64,000 bases of DNA from NCBI GenBank assembly GCA_964016885.1, contig OZ024742.1, positions 268,708,001 to 268,772,000 on the forward strand, written 5' to 3'. This stretch comes from Eledone cirrhosa (lineage: Eukaryota). Position 1 is the first letter of the stretch. Every line of letters begins with the position of its first letter. The position numbers were made by a program, and so were the translations under genes. Shown in pieces: positions 13,524-26,307 of this stretch. Below the pieces are notes generated by a model, which searched no databases, was not told where the DNA came from, and saw only the letters and a list, made by a program, of their open reading frames with translations.

Positions 13524-15762
13524 GTGAAATATTGACAGAATTAATAACAGAACACACTCACTGTTTGGTTGGTTTTCGCTTCTCGCTTCTGTGTCTTTTA
13601 TATCGGTAATCTATTATACTCGGTCCTCAATGTTGCCATTGACTGACCGGCGGTCAAAAATAATACAGATACAATATCGACACAAACACATATATATAGT
13701 TTATCATAAATCTTTCGTTGCACATCTGCAACATCGTCAGTGGTGCTATATTTTCCTCCTGTTGTATTGTATGTCTACGCCATTTTTATTCAGTCTGTCT
13801 ATATATTTATTTATTTATTTGCTTGTTTGTTTATTTTATTTTGTCTTCTTTGCACATGCATTTGCGTGTGTGTATAGTGTTTTGTTTGCTGTGTGGTGGG
13901 TGACTAGTGTGTGTTTATGTGCTTGTTGTTATTGTGCTTGTGTATGTATTTATTTATTTATTTATTTATTTTATTTTATTTACTTATTTATACTTCGCTT
14001 AGGTCAGTGTTGTTTGTTTGGGTGTTGTTGTTCATTCTTTCTGTTTAGCCTTGGTCTTCTAATTTCTATTTCACTGGCCTCTCTGATTTGCCTATCTGCT
14101 GGGTCATTTCTAGGTTTAGATATTATTCTAATTTCTATGTTGTCTATGTTACCGTCATGTTGTTGTCTAGCATGTTCGTATAGTACTGACCCCTTTTTTC
14201 ATCCGTTTAGTTCCCCCCAGTGTTGGTCTATCCTTTCACCTATGCTACGAGCTGTCTCACCTATGTATGTTGTTGTCATGTTTCTGCAAGTACCCTCTGT
14301 ACATCTTATGCTATAGACTACGTTTCTAGTTTTACAGTTTATCCGGGGGTTCACCTTACATATGATACATTTCCTATTGGTACAGTGGGTTTTCTTAAAA
14401 GGGTAGGTTTTGCTGATCACGGATTTTATGGTGGTTCCTGGCTTTTCTACCAACTTTATTTTTAAGTGGGCCTTTCTACACTGGTTAGCTAATTTTCCTC
14501 CAGGGGTAGCGTCCACAAACATGACACTCTGGTATCTCTGGTTGTCGTACCATGAGGTGGCTTTCCTTATCATATGTCTAGCCCTATCTAAGCTATTCCA
14601 TGATTTTCTCCTGTTTAATGGGCAAATTCCTTTCATGTCCAGTTGTATGAGGGTCTTATACTTCTCCGTGGCTCCTTCGTATACTCTGATTCTGTCTCTT
14701 TAGTTGTAGCCAGAGAATTGCATGCGGTTGATGAAGTGTTGGATGTGTCTTTCCATTTCTGTTGGGTCGCACATGCGGGACACATTCTTCATTACTCGTA
14801 CCAAATCTGCGATCAGAATATTAAACTTAGCACTACTGGACATTGCTGAGTTTTTGAGTATCAGGTATTTGGAGGCCATGGGTTTAGCATAGTGTGAGTG
14901 GAGTATTTGGGCTCTCTCGTCTATAGTGTTAATCCAGAGTTCTGTGTCTAATACAGGTAGTCTATTGTTAGGGTGTTTGGAAGGGAAGTCGATAGTTACA
15001 GTTATACTCTTGTGTATGGAATTAGCTATCTGCTGGATGCTTTCCATCGTGCTACGTTCTAAATCAAACTTGTTAGTGCTCTCTAGTGGGGGTGTTCTTA
15101 TAACTATATTGATATCGTCTACATAACGAGAGTACATGATGAGGTTTATGGAGCTCTCATTAAGGAGATCTTTAAGTCTCCTTTCCCACCATACCATGAA
15201 AATAATAGCAACATCACCAGCTATGCTGACGCCGATGGCTGCTCCCTCATTTTGGGTTTAGATCTTCTCGTTGAACTTAAATGTGTGGCCCTTTAGGGTA
15301 GTTTTGATACTAGCCCCTATTGCATGTGCGACCATTTTTCTTACCTGATCATTGTTTTGGGGGGTCCGTATAGCTTTGGTCCACCCAATCCACCTTCCCA
15401 TGGGAGTCTTTTTTGCCATTGAGGTTATGGTTGGGGGTCTACCTCTTATAGGTCTACTAGGGCAGAAACGTTCTTTCTGTTTAGCCTTCTAAGTTCTATT
15501 TCACTGGTCTCTCTGATTTGCCTATCTGCTGTGTCATTTCTATGTTTAGATATTATTCTAATTTCTATGTTGTCTATGTTACCGTTGTGTTGTTGTCTGG
15601 CATGTTCGTATAGTACTGACCCGTTTTTTCGTCCGTTGGTCAGTCAATGGCAACATTGAGGACCGAATAAATTAGATTACCGATATAAAAGACACAGAAG
15701 CGAAAAGCGAAAATCAACCAAACAGTGAGTGTGTTCTGTTATTAATTCTGGCAATATTACAC
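13524..15762 (-). mobile_element. PLE (second family) with inverted pseudo-LTR termini and an internal partial duplication
   Basis: RT 14700-15197 (YSRYVDD, DFPSKHPNNRLPVLD); GIY-YIG 14199-14636 (NVVYSIRC..YIGETARSIGER); TIR 13524-13648 / 15638-15762; 15474-15637 duplicates 14036-14207. Confidence 0.9.
13704..13743 (-). ncRNA. Hammerhead ribozyme motif (helices I and III partly decayed)
   Basis: Minus strand CCA-CTGACGA-TGTTGCA-GATG-TGCAAC-GAAA-GATTTA-TGA. Confidence 0.6.
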
Positions 15763-15784
15763 ATATATATTTATATATATATAC

Positions 15785-15886
<102 letters not shown>

Positions 15887-15887
15887 T

Positions 15888-15983
<96 letters not shown>

Positions 15984-16174
15984 GGTTTGAGGTTAACCAC
16001 TGTATAGAGCTGGTCTATTCCGTATGGTCAATCGTAATGCAATAATATAGAGAGTACTCAACGTAAGGCAGTGCAACCGTCTTTGTTTTTGTAGTTGGTG
16101 GTGCTATTACGGAGTTAAATATTATAATGATATGACAGGAGGCTGGATTTGTGTAAATCCTTGAAAGGTTTATT

Positions 16175-16232
16175 ATACTATGATCATTTCAATGACTGGG
16201 TTCCGTATGAATCCGGTGATATCATCAGGTAT
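16175..16232 (-). ncRNA. Hammerhead motif
   Basis: ATAC-CTGATGA-..ccg/cgg hairpin..-GAAA-TGATCA-TA-GTAT; base of helix II is weak. Confidence 0.55.
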
Positions 16233-18236
16233 TCGAAATATAATACGTGAATGTAATAGATAAAATCCATGGGGCTGAAAATCGAGGACCCGAGGGCAAA
16301 CGCTATTCTGTTCCTTCAACCTCAGCCGGTCGCCCTCGAGTGACGTGGCTAAAGTTTATAGTATGCTACTACCGGTCAGATAAACGAAAACAGAAAGGGA
16401 TGGGAACATAAGTTAGCGTCAATCTCATGACACAAGTTAAAAGAAAGGAAGAAAGAAAGGAGAGAGAAGAAGGAGGACGAAAGAAGAAGAGAAGCCAGGG
16501 TTAATGTCAGCTAAAAGAAGAAAGGCAACTACTACCGGTCAGATATAGGCAAGCAAGAGGGGGACGGAAGATAAGTCTGCTGGAGGAAGACAGGAAGAGG
16601 GAAGAAGAGAAAGAAGAGAAGAGAGAAGTAGAAAAGTAAGGGTTGATGGCTACAAGAAGGAAGATAGAAAGAAAGAGGAAGAAAGGTCGATATTAATGTC
16701 AGACCACAGTCAGGCCAGGAGTGGCGCGAGAAAATTTTCACAGGGACCCGCATCTTAGCAGAGGTGAATATATTGGGAGTCAGTGTGTTACAATGTTTAG
16801 ACTTCTGGGATGAAGTTAAACAATTAATAATCAATATTCAATATTAAAGAGGTTATAAAATTTAAAGTTCAACAGTTTAACATTTTCAGGTTGATATATC
16901 TAATAGTTCCGATTTGTTCTGTAATTTAAAGGTACTATGTGGCGGTTAAAACACCGGCCGCGCCCCGGGCCCCATGGTGAATTAAGCTACGCCGAGTATT
17001 TTCATTTACCGAAAGAAGGGGAAATTTATTTTTCCAAGCACTCCAGGTAAGCTCGTGCGCCAGGGGGCTGGTCTTGCCGCCATTAAAACCCACCCAACAG
17101 TCCGACAGAAAGTTGGAACTCTAAAATATTGCTTAACTTTATCGGATGAGGTTGAAAGAATTCAGAATAACATTATAAAACTAAAGAGTAAGAAGTTTGG
17201 GAATTGAACAAACAGAAAATTGAAGATTAAACATTCAAATAACTTCTATGATGTTTTGGGTTGCGGGGTTTAATTAAATAGAGTCTTTTATGAAGGAACA
17301 TTAATTGTATTATGTAGATCTGCAATTTATCCTAGTGGGATGTAGAGTACGGGATATAGTCGTGTAATATTTATTTTTGTTCTCAGGAGGAGACATTCTT
17401 GTGTCGTGTGCTAATGGGTACAGGTCCCAATGTGAGGAGTAGAAATACATGGATACATAGAAGTGGAACACGTGTAAGAGCACATTGGTACAGCAAAGGT
17501 ATTAATATATAAACATACCAATATATAGGTATAAATATGTAAATAAATCAACAAGAGTGGTGTTGGAGTAAGATGGAGAAATCAAGACATAGGAGAATTA
17601 GAATATAGTTCAGGTTGCAGTATTTATGTTCCCGGGGGGGGGAGGGACAATCCCGTGCCGTGTGCTAAGGGTACACGCGAGTAAAAGTCCGAATAAGGGA
17701 AGCAAAAAGTAGATGGATGTATAGAGGTAGAGTATGTGGAAAGGCATTAATAGAGCAAATAATGATGTGAAGATATAAATACACAAACAATAGTCGTTGT
17801 CTAGTAAATGTAGAGTTCAAGACACAGGAGAAATACAATATAGTTCAGGTTGCAGTATTTATGTTCCCAGGGGGAGATATTCCAGTGACGTGTGCTAAGG
17901 GTACACGCGAGTAAAAGTGCCTATATCTGACCGGTAGTAGTTGCCTTTCTTCTTTTAGCTGACATTAACCCTGGCTTCTCTTCTTCTTTCTTCCCCCTTC
18001 TTCTCTCTCCTTCCTTTCTTCCTTTCTTTTACCTTGTGTCATGAGATTGACGCTAACTTATGTTCCCATCCCTTTCTGTTTTCGTTTATCTGACCGGTAG
18101 TAGCATACTATAAACTTTAGCCACGTCACTCGAGAGCGACCGGCTGAGGTTGAAGGAACAGAATAGCGGTCGCCCTCGGGTCCTCGATTTTCAGCCCCAT
18201 GGATTTTATCTATTACATTCACGTATTATATTTCGA

Positions 18237-18287
18237 ATACCTGATGATATCACCGGATTCATACGGAAATTGAAATGATCATAGTAT
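18237..18287 (+). ncRNA. Hammerhead motif (inverted copy)
   Basis: ATAC-CTGATGA-tatcaccggattcatacggaaatt-GAAA-TGATCA-TA-GTAT. Confidence 0.55.
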
Positions 18288-18337
18288 ATTAAACCTTTCA
18301 AGGATTTACACAAATCCAGCCTCCTGTCATTTCACTA

Positions 18338-18385
<48 letters not shown>

Positions 18386-18391
<6 letters not shown>

Positions 18392-18844
18392 ATTAAATAA
18401 ATGGAAACTATATTTATAAAACCATATTTATTTCATTATATATATTTCGGGGATATCATATTAACAATATGCTATGCCTTCCTCAGACAAAATACAATAT
18501 AAACAGTTTTATAGATAAATAGATTCGACATACCGTTATAACACCGACTTGCATTTGAAGAGGTTAAACTGCCAGTTTAACCTCTTCAAATGCAAGTCGG
18601 TGTTATAACGGTATGTCGAATCTATTTATCTATAAAACTGTTTATATTGTATTTTGTCTGAGGAAGGCATAGCATATTGTTAATATGATATCCCCGAAAT
18701 ATATATAATGAAATAAATATGGTTTTATAAATATAGTTTCCATTTATTTAATATTGTAAATATACTCCAAATATTTGTCGAGTGCTTTTATATCAGTTAT
18801 AAATATTTACTAGTTGTAACCCAACAATTTTAAATATAACTTTC

Positions 18845-18848
<4 letters not shown>
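18386..18848 (+). mobile_element. Hairpin HHR mini-element: 186-bp inverted repeat with a 1-nt spacer plus a ~90-nt tail, in (TA)n
   Basis: 18386-18571 is the reverse complement of 18573-18758; HHR at 18651-18714; CTCC/GTCGAG at 18765-18782. Confidence 0.9.
18651..18714 (+). ncRNA. Hammerhead motif
   Basis: attttgt-CTGAGGA-agg..catatt/aatatg..ccc-GAAA-TATATA-TA-atgaaat; helix I relies on G-U pairs. Confidence 0.6.
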
Positions 18849-18880
<32 letters not shown>

Positions 18881-19176
18881 CATATATATATACATATATA
18901 TAAATATATATATGTATATATATATATACATATATACAGTTGAAAATTGCAAACTTGACTGTCACCACATATTATGAACCTGAAGATTGCGAAAGCATGA
19001 AAGTACTTGTTCAAATAACACTTAGAATTTAATATTCTATCATACTATTTCCATTATAATACCATTATAAATTTTAAAGGATTGTAAATAAAACGAGTAA
19101 ATCAGACAAAGTTGAAATTCCTCTTATTAATATATATGTTCCGAGCAATATAAGGAACACTTGTGATTATTTATGC

Positions 19177-19211
19177 CCTTGAGAAGCCCAACTGGGCGAA
19201 ACGTACGTAGG
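19177..19211 (+). ncRNA. Minimal PLE hammerhead motif in 5' pLTR
   Basis: CC-TTGAGAA-GCCC-AACT-GGGC-GAAA-CGTACG-TA-GG. Confidence 0.75.
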
Positions 19212-19500
19212 TGATATTTTAAATAAACATGTTTTAACGGTCTATTCTCCGATTTTTTACTTTCCCACGTGCTTACGCTCTGCTAACTCTCTAGCCCACT
19301 AAATATTAACACTTCGAATATTTAATACTGCCGGCACTAGTATCGAGCACCTTTGGCATACGCTACTTGGCAAATAACTATATGTATCACCTATCCCACC
19401 TTTTCTTCTCTTTCTCGATACGTAAATACTATATTACCGTGCTCCTTTTGTAGAGCAGCTCACCTTATTTGCCACTATATTGGAGAACCAGCCGTTACCC

Positions 19501-21810
19501 ATGTCTCTCAAGTGTATCCCCTTACCCAGCAGAAAAACATACCTTAAACTGCTTATAGACGCTACTAATTCGTTTATACGGAGAGTCAGATGGAAGGCCT
19601 ACCACCTGGATAAGAACACCCGTAACCTTCCTGAACCCAAAGAGAAGCATGGCTTCAAAACATACCGAAACCCACCGCACAACACCTTACTGGACTCCTT
19701 TGAAGAGAACCTGCTGAAAATGATCAAAAACGTTAAGCTCAGAAAGAAACACCAATGCAGCAATCCATTCTTAACGTCCCTTGATACACTAATAACTAAG
19801 ATCAAGAATGACCCGCACCTCTTCGTCACCTCCGAAAAAACCAAAAAGCTGTACAAGATGGACGCGAGTGAGTATAAAAAATTCATCTATAAGGAACTAC
19901 ACAAAGACTACAAAAAGACACCCTCTAGTACCCTAAATGACATAAATAGAGTAGGGAAGGATATAGTCACCAGCTTAGAAATAGAAAAGTACACTAACCC
20001 GTACGTCCCTCTGACGGCTAAATTCTCTCTTAAGGATCACAAATATGACTTTAATGAGAGCCCCTCTATTAGACTAATATGCCCCTCTACATCAGATATA
20101 GGTAAGATTAGTAAAGTGATCCTCGACAGAGTACTACTCGAGCTTAATAGAAAGGCTAAGGTCTGCCTCTGGGGCAACACGGACCAGGTCATAAATTGGT
20201 TCACCGAGTTGCCGGATAAAGCCACCCTGAAATTCATCCAGTTTGATATAGATAGCTACTACGCCTCTATCTCCCCCATACTCTTAAATAAGGCACTTAT
20301 CTTAGCTAGATCTAACACTAGCCTCACTAAAAAAGAAATAGACATAATTCTAGCGGCACGTAGAACCATTATCCAGTTCGAAGGCTCCCACTGGACCAGA
20401 ACCGACCGTCCTGATAACTTCGATGTTACCATGGGGTCCAGTGACTCAGCGCAAGCAACTGACCTGGTCGGGATATACCTCCTACATAAGCTTAGGGAAG
20501 AAATACCGGACCTACAAGGAGGTGTATATAGGGACGACGCCCTGTTTACCGTTAGGAACCATAGCCCCCGTAGGATAGAGAACCTTAACAAACATATACA
20601 CAGTTTCTTTAAGTCATACGGCCTATCCGTAACTATGGACCTCAACCATAGGGTTGTCAACTTCCTGGACGTGACTCTGGAGTTGAGTACGGGCTTATAC
20701 AAGCCATACCATAAGCCTGGAGAGTGCCTCTCTTATATTAATTATGCCTCCAACCACCCTAAGCAGACTCTCAACTCCATAGTCTATAGTATCTCACATA
20801 GAATCTCGAGGCTATCCGCCAATGAGGATATCTTCAACCAAGCGGCAGATTACTACAATAGGGCCCTGATAAGCGCCGGCTTTAACCGAGGAATTTCCTA
20901 CATCCCTAACGCTAGCTCTAGAAACCACCCCTCTCATAAAACTAACGTTATAGTAAGCCATACCTATAACCGATCGCGCGGCGACCTCGTTGAAGTCGGA
21001 TATAATAGAATAGATAACCGCACCAAAGATCACGTCCCCGGCGACGGTGAACACTGTAGATTACTCAAACTATTCCCCTATTACAAAACCAACAAAGGCG
21101 ACGGCCTACTACCAACGCCTTCCAACCAACATCTTCGTGTACATAAACATGGAAGAGGTAGAAAGAGTGCACCCGAGCATAAAGTGAAAAGGGCACGCAA
21201 CGGGCGACTGTGCATTAATACACATAAGAGCGGTCACTTAGATGGTACCACCCGTAGCAAAAGTACAAGGACACGTAATCTCCACCGTAACGTCCTATGG
21301 TTCCCCCCCTACTCTCGGAGTGTGGCCTACAACATACCCCGGATGTTCTTCGAAGCCTTAGAGAAGAACTTCCCGCCCAACCATAGGTATAGACAAATTC
21401 TTAATAGGAACAATATAAAAATATCCTTCTCCACTTCTCCTAACCTAGCAGACATCATAGGAACAACGAACCACAGTAAGATCACCAAGACACAGCACTT
21501 CGACACAGACGCACCTACACCTGACAATAACTATATCGGCCTTAACAACTCCCTGGCAGCATCCAATAGTGTTGGCAACGGCATCCGCAGACGCAACCAG
21601 AATAACCGCGAAATGACTGGGGAACATGCAGAACATGACGTGCGGAATAACAATCGCACCACCCCGCGTGCTGTGGCTTGTAATTGTGCTAACGACAGCT
21701 GCGGTAGCGTAGATAACAACGTAGGCTTACCGTGGGAAATAGACGGAACCGCGACAGAAATTGCAACTGCCGCGACAGAGGACGCTGCCCCCTTAGAGGA
21801 TACTGCTTGA
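19501..21810 (+). CDS. Naiad-like PLE reverse transcriptase (out of frame with the downstream endonuclease)
   Basis: MSLKCIPLPS N-terminus, RWKA, LKDHK, QFDIDSYYASIS, FDVTMGS.DSA, YRDD, NFLDVTL, SNHP, WFPPYS. Confidence 0.88.
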   Translation: MSLKCIPLPSRKTYLKLLIDATNSFIRRVRWKAYHLDKNTRNLPEPKEKHGFKTYRNPPHNTLLDSFEENLLKMIKNVKLRKKHQCSNPFLTSLDTLITKIKNDPHLFVTSEKTKKLYKMDASEYKKFIYKELHKDYKKTPSSTLNDINRVGKDIVTSLEIEKYTNPYVPLTAKFSLKDHKYDFNESPSIRLICPSTSDIGKISKVILDRVLLELNRKAKVCLWGNTDQVINWFTELPDKATLKFIQFDIDSYYASISPILLNKALILARSNTSLTKKEIDIILAARRTIIQFEGSHWTRTDRPDNFDVTMGSSDSAQATDLVGIYLLHKLREEIPDLQGGVYRDDALFTVRNHSPRRIENLNKHIHSFFKSYGLSVTMDLNHRVVNFLDVTLELSTGLYKPYHKPGECLSYINYASNHPKQTLNSIVYSISHRISRLSANEDIFNQAADYYNRALISAGFNRGISYIPNASSRNHPSHKTNVIVSHTYNRSRGDLVEVGYNRIDNRTKDHVPGDGEHCRLLKLFPYYKTNKGDGLLPTPSNQHLRVHKHGRGRKSAPEHKVKRARNGRLCINTHKSGHLDGTTRSKSTRTRNLHRNVLWFPPYSRSVAYNIPRMFFEALEKNFPPNHRYRQILNRNNIKISFSTSPNLADIIGTTNHSKITKTQHFDTDAPTPDNNYIGLNNSLAASNSVGNGIRRRNQNNREMTGEHAEHDVRNNNRTTPRAVACNCANDSCGSVDNNVGLPWEIDGTATEIATAATEDAAPLEDTA

Positions 21811-22190
21811 CTGATAGGGTTATATATAGATGCACTATTACTAGCCACAATAGCGTTAAACATTATATAGGGGCCACCTCCGGCCCGTTCAAAATTAGGT
21901 TTCGAACACATCTCCACTCTTTCACAAATAGAAAACTAAGGCACTCCACTTCGTTCGCGGACTACATCACATCACTAAAGGACTTAAACATCAGCTTCTC
22001 CACGCACTGGGAGATTGTCGGCAGGGCTGCACCGTACAACTTCAAGAGGAAATGCGATCTTTGCCTCATGGAGCTCTACCACATCATAACTGCACCCCAC
22101 AAGCTCATCAACAGCAGAGCTGAAACAGCGATAAGTTGTACACATCGCTTAAAAATATCCTTCTTCAGATGGGTTAAGGATGAAGAGTGA
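21732..22190 (+). CDS. PLE zinc finger (CNC..CP...C) plus GIY-YIG endonuclease, different frame from the RT
   Basis: CNCRDRGRCPLRGYCL..VIYRC..HYIGAT..FKIRF..H..SF..CDLCLME..INSRAE..CTH. Confidence 0.88.
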   Translation: MGNRRNRDRNCNCRDRGRCPLRGYCLTDRVIYRCTITSHNSVKHYIGATSGPFKIRFRTHLHSFTNRKLRHSTSFADYITSLKDLNISFSTHWEIVGRAAPYNFKRKCDLCLMELYHIITAPHKLINSRAETAISCTHRLKISFFRWVKDEE

Positions 22191-22490
22191 AATAGTACAC
22201 TGGATCTCCCTGCAACAAGTCTTAACACCCCGGCGGGCAGGCGCTGCAAAATAACACCCAGGAAACAATCCTTGCATACCAGACCCAGCCTCAGACAAAC
22301 GGATGCGGGATAAAAAAAAAATTTTAAAAAAATTGTCCGGGAAAGACTGCCCTAACACCGGCCAGAGTTACCTCCCTTGACCTGCTCCAAAATCAAAACA
22401 ATATATTTTTGCGAGCAATGAACCTTGATGTGGATTTAACCCCCAAAACTCTTTCCGTGCAATATAAGGAACACTTGTGATTATTTATGC

Positions 22491-22525
22491 CCTTGAGAAG
22501 CCCAACTGTGCGAAACGTACGTAGG
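22491..22525 (+). ncRNA. Minimal PLE hammerhead motif in 3' pLTR (one helix II mismatch)
   Basis: CC-TTGAGAA-GCCC-AACT-GTGC-GAAA-CGTACG-TA-GG. Confidence 0.65.
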
Positions 22526-22744
22526 TGATATTTTAAATAAACATGTTTTAACGGTCTATTCTCCGATTTTTTACTTTCCCACGTGCTTACGCTCTGCTAA
22601 TTCTCTAGCCCACTAAATATTAACACTTCGAATATTTAATACTGCCGGCACTAGTATCGAGCACCTTTGGCATACGCTACTTGGCAAATAACTATATGTA
22701 TCACCTATCCCCCCTTTTTTTCTCTTTCTCGATACGTAAATACT

Positions 22745-23265
<521 letters not shown>

Positions 23266-23276
23266 TGTGTGTGCAT

Positions 23277-23926
<650 letters not shown>

Positions 23927-26150
23927 TATATATTTATATTGACAAATATACAAATGTTTCCACGCCAATCTATCGCCACACAGTTGTGTAAATTACATCT
24001 GAATTTACACACGTGTGAAGTAAACATATATTACGGGATATGTGCGAAAAGTGATAGAGATCATGGATTGATATGAGACGTATTTTTCTTAACGTTCATT
24101 GGATCATATTGTTCAAACATTGAAAACCAAAATGCATGGAGAGCAAATATACACATACTCCGGGGAAAAAATACTATACAACTTTCTTACAACACATTTA
24201 TTTATAGTTTTAAATGGATCAATTATCAATATGTAAATTGAATAAAATAAATGATCCTAAAAAGTAATGAAAGAGGAACACAATTAGGAAAATATTTTTT
24301 GTTAATGGATATTTGGTTGTTCATATTTAATGTGTGAAAAGCGGGTAAATATTTGCCAAACATGTAGAGAATACGTAAAAATAAAAACATTTTTGAAAAT
24401 ATTCGTTTAATTATTTAACATCTTCAATATTGAAAAATATTTATTTTTACATTTTAATTTGCCACATACATATAATTTTGTAAAATTATTAATAAATATT
24501 TTTACAAATATGTTCTGATTATCATTTTCTGAAGTTTGTTTACACTAACCTGAGATTTCAAGAATTACCGGTTTCCATTTTTCGATAGTTAAAATTCGAC
24601 CAAATAAGCGTTTAGGATTGACAATTTCAGTCGAATAAAATGAACCCGTGAATAATAAAATGTTTGACGAAAACCAATTCGCTATCGTTAAATTGAAACT
24701 GTCTTAATCATAGTAGTGACCATGGTAATTCTTAAGTTAATTAATAACCCCAATAAACGCAACAAGGGATAATAGTTATTTTTATTCCGAAAGGAAAAGG
24801 AAAAATCTGGTTTTGTACTTCTTGGTATGTGTATGACACTATTTTGGCTATACAAACTATAATTCTTTTTAAAAACATTATACAAATAATATAATAATGA
24901 TTTAGCTTAGGGAGGTGAAATGGCCATGTGGCATATGGACTGGTCCTTTTCTGTTATTCAAAGTATGGTGAAAGAATTTGTCACTTGTTTGTGTCTGGAG
25001 ATGAGAGAACAAACGAACATGTAGAATGAAACTTAAACGCTTAAAGTTAATACAAAATTAATTATGTAATATAAACAACTGATATTTAGCAATAACCATT
25101 TAGTACAAACTGTGCCTTCTATGATGAGAAAATGTGATATTTGTTCTAACCTTCGCATGATTATGTTAGTGTCTGGACATAACCCTGTTGGTATGGATGT
25201 TTACATGTCACCTTGGGTAAATGAAGATTATCATAGCCTTGGCACCTCTCTTTCTATGTGAAATGCATTTTGTAGCAGCCTTACCATATTCCTCTTCATT
25301 GCAATAATTCTAACCAGGTCCAAATATTAAATTTCGTCTTGAAATATCCCAGACACACTGGTCCAATGGTACCTTCTCAACACAAACTTTAGGACACTGC
25401 ATATATATATTACCATTTATCTGAAGAAAATTGCTTTCAATCTAGGTAGAATCCATCTTGCTCTTTTGTTGCTTTAATTCGGAACTAAATAGATGTAAAG
25501 TTTTCCGAGATGAAGAAAGGCTATAGCCGATGGACGTAACAACATTGTATCAGTAGAAACTATTTTGTGATATCAATCAAGAAGCAATATAATTTCAGTA
25601 GATATTTTATGAGATCAATAAATTACTGATGGATAATTTATTTCGAACGTTATTTCACTTTGTCAAATTTTTCATCGTGCTATTATGTACGTAGTTGCGC
25701 ATGACTAAACTGTGAGAAATATAAAAGAAAAACAAAGCTTATTTGGAGGGTTTTGTAAAAATATATAAACAATATTTTCTATTTAAAAGTGTAAATTTAG
25801 AACGAAATTTAATTATCACTATTCACACATCTTTCCGATGAAACAGAAAAATATGAAAGCGTGTTTATATTTGGCGTTTTCCTTTATTTTCATCTTCTCT
25901 TGTGTTCATAACTGTTTTAATATATAAATAATAAAATATCGGCCACCGCCAGCGGACGAAAATAGAATTTGCTTTTAAAATAACCGTTCTAACAGCGACA
26001 AGTAAATTAAATAAGTGTGGCAACAAAATATTCGGTTCACCGTAATGTCATGCATTTCAATGCATTTCTATGATGCAAATACACACACAGACACTCACAT
26101 ACACACACACAGACGCACACAAACATACACCCCCCCCCTCACACACACAC

Positions 26151-26200
<50 letters not shown>

Positions 26201-26307
26201 AAGATGAATATAAAATGAAAGTGCTTTTTTTGAAAAGGAATTTATTAGGTATTGACATATGTTTCTGTAACAGACGGAATACCTATGTATCGCTGCTTGC
26301 GTAATCA

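Larger units (their letters stand above)
15981..18345 (-). mobile_element. Non-autonomous PLE-type element with ~430-bp inverted repeats and HHR motifs, in (TA)n
   Basis: 16118-16551 is the reverse complement of 17918-18344; internal ~235-bp diverged tandem units at 17350-17918; no intact ORF. Confidence 0.8.

Noticed and set aside
21760-22190. Selenocysteine (in-frame TGA) recoding, reported for some Naiad elements
   Set aside because: The conserved Cys codons are TGC/TGT. The TGA at 21808 is in the shifted frame, and the break in the 26 kb copy is TAA. No SECIS was recognised.
24900-25600. Less AT-rich stretch that could be a host exon or an old transposon
   Set aside because: No ORF, recognisable domain or convincing splice-site pair.
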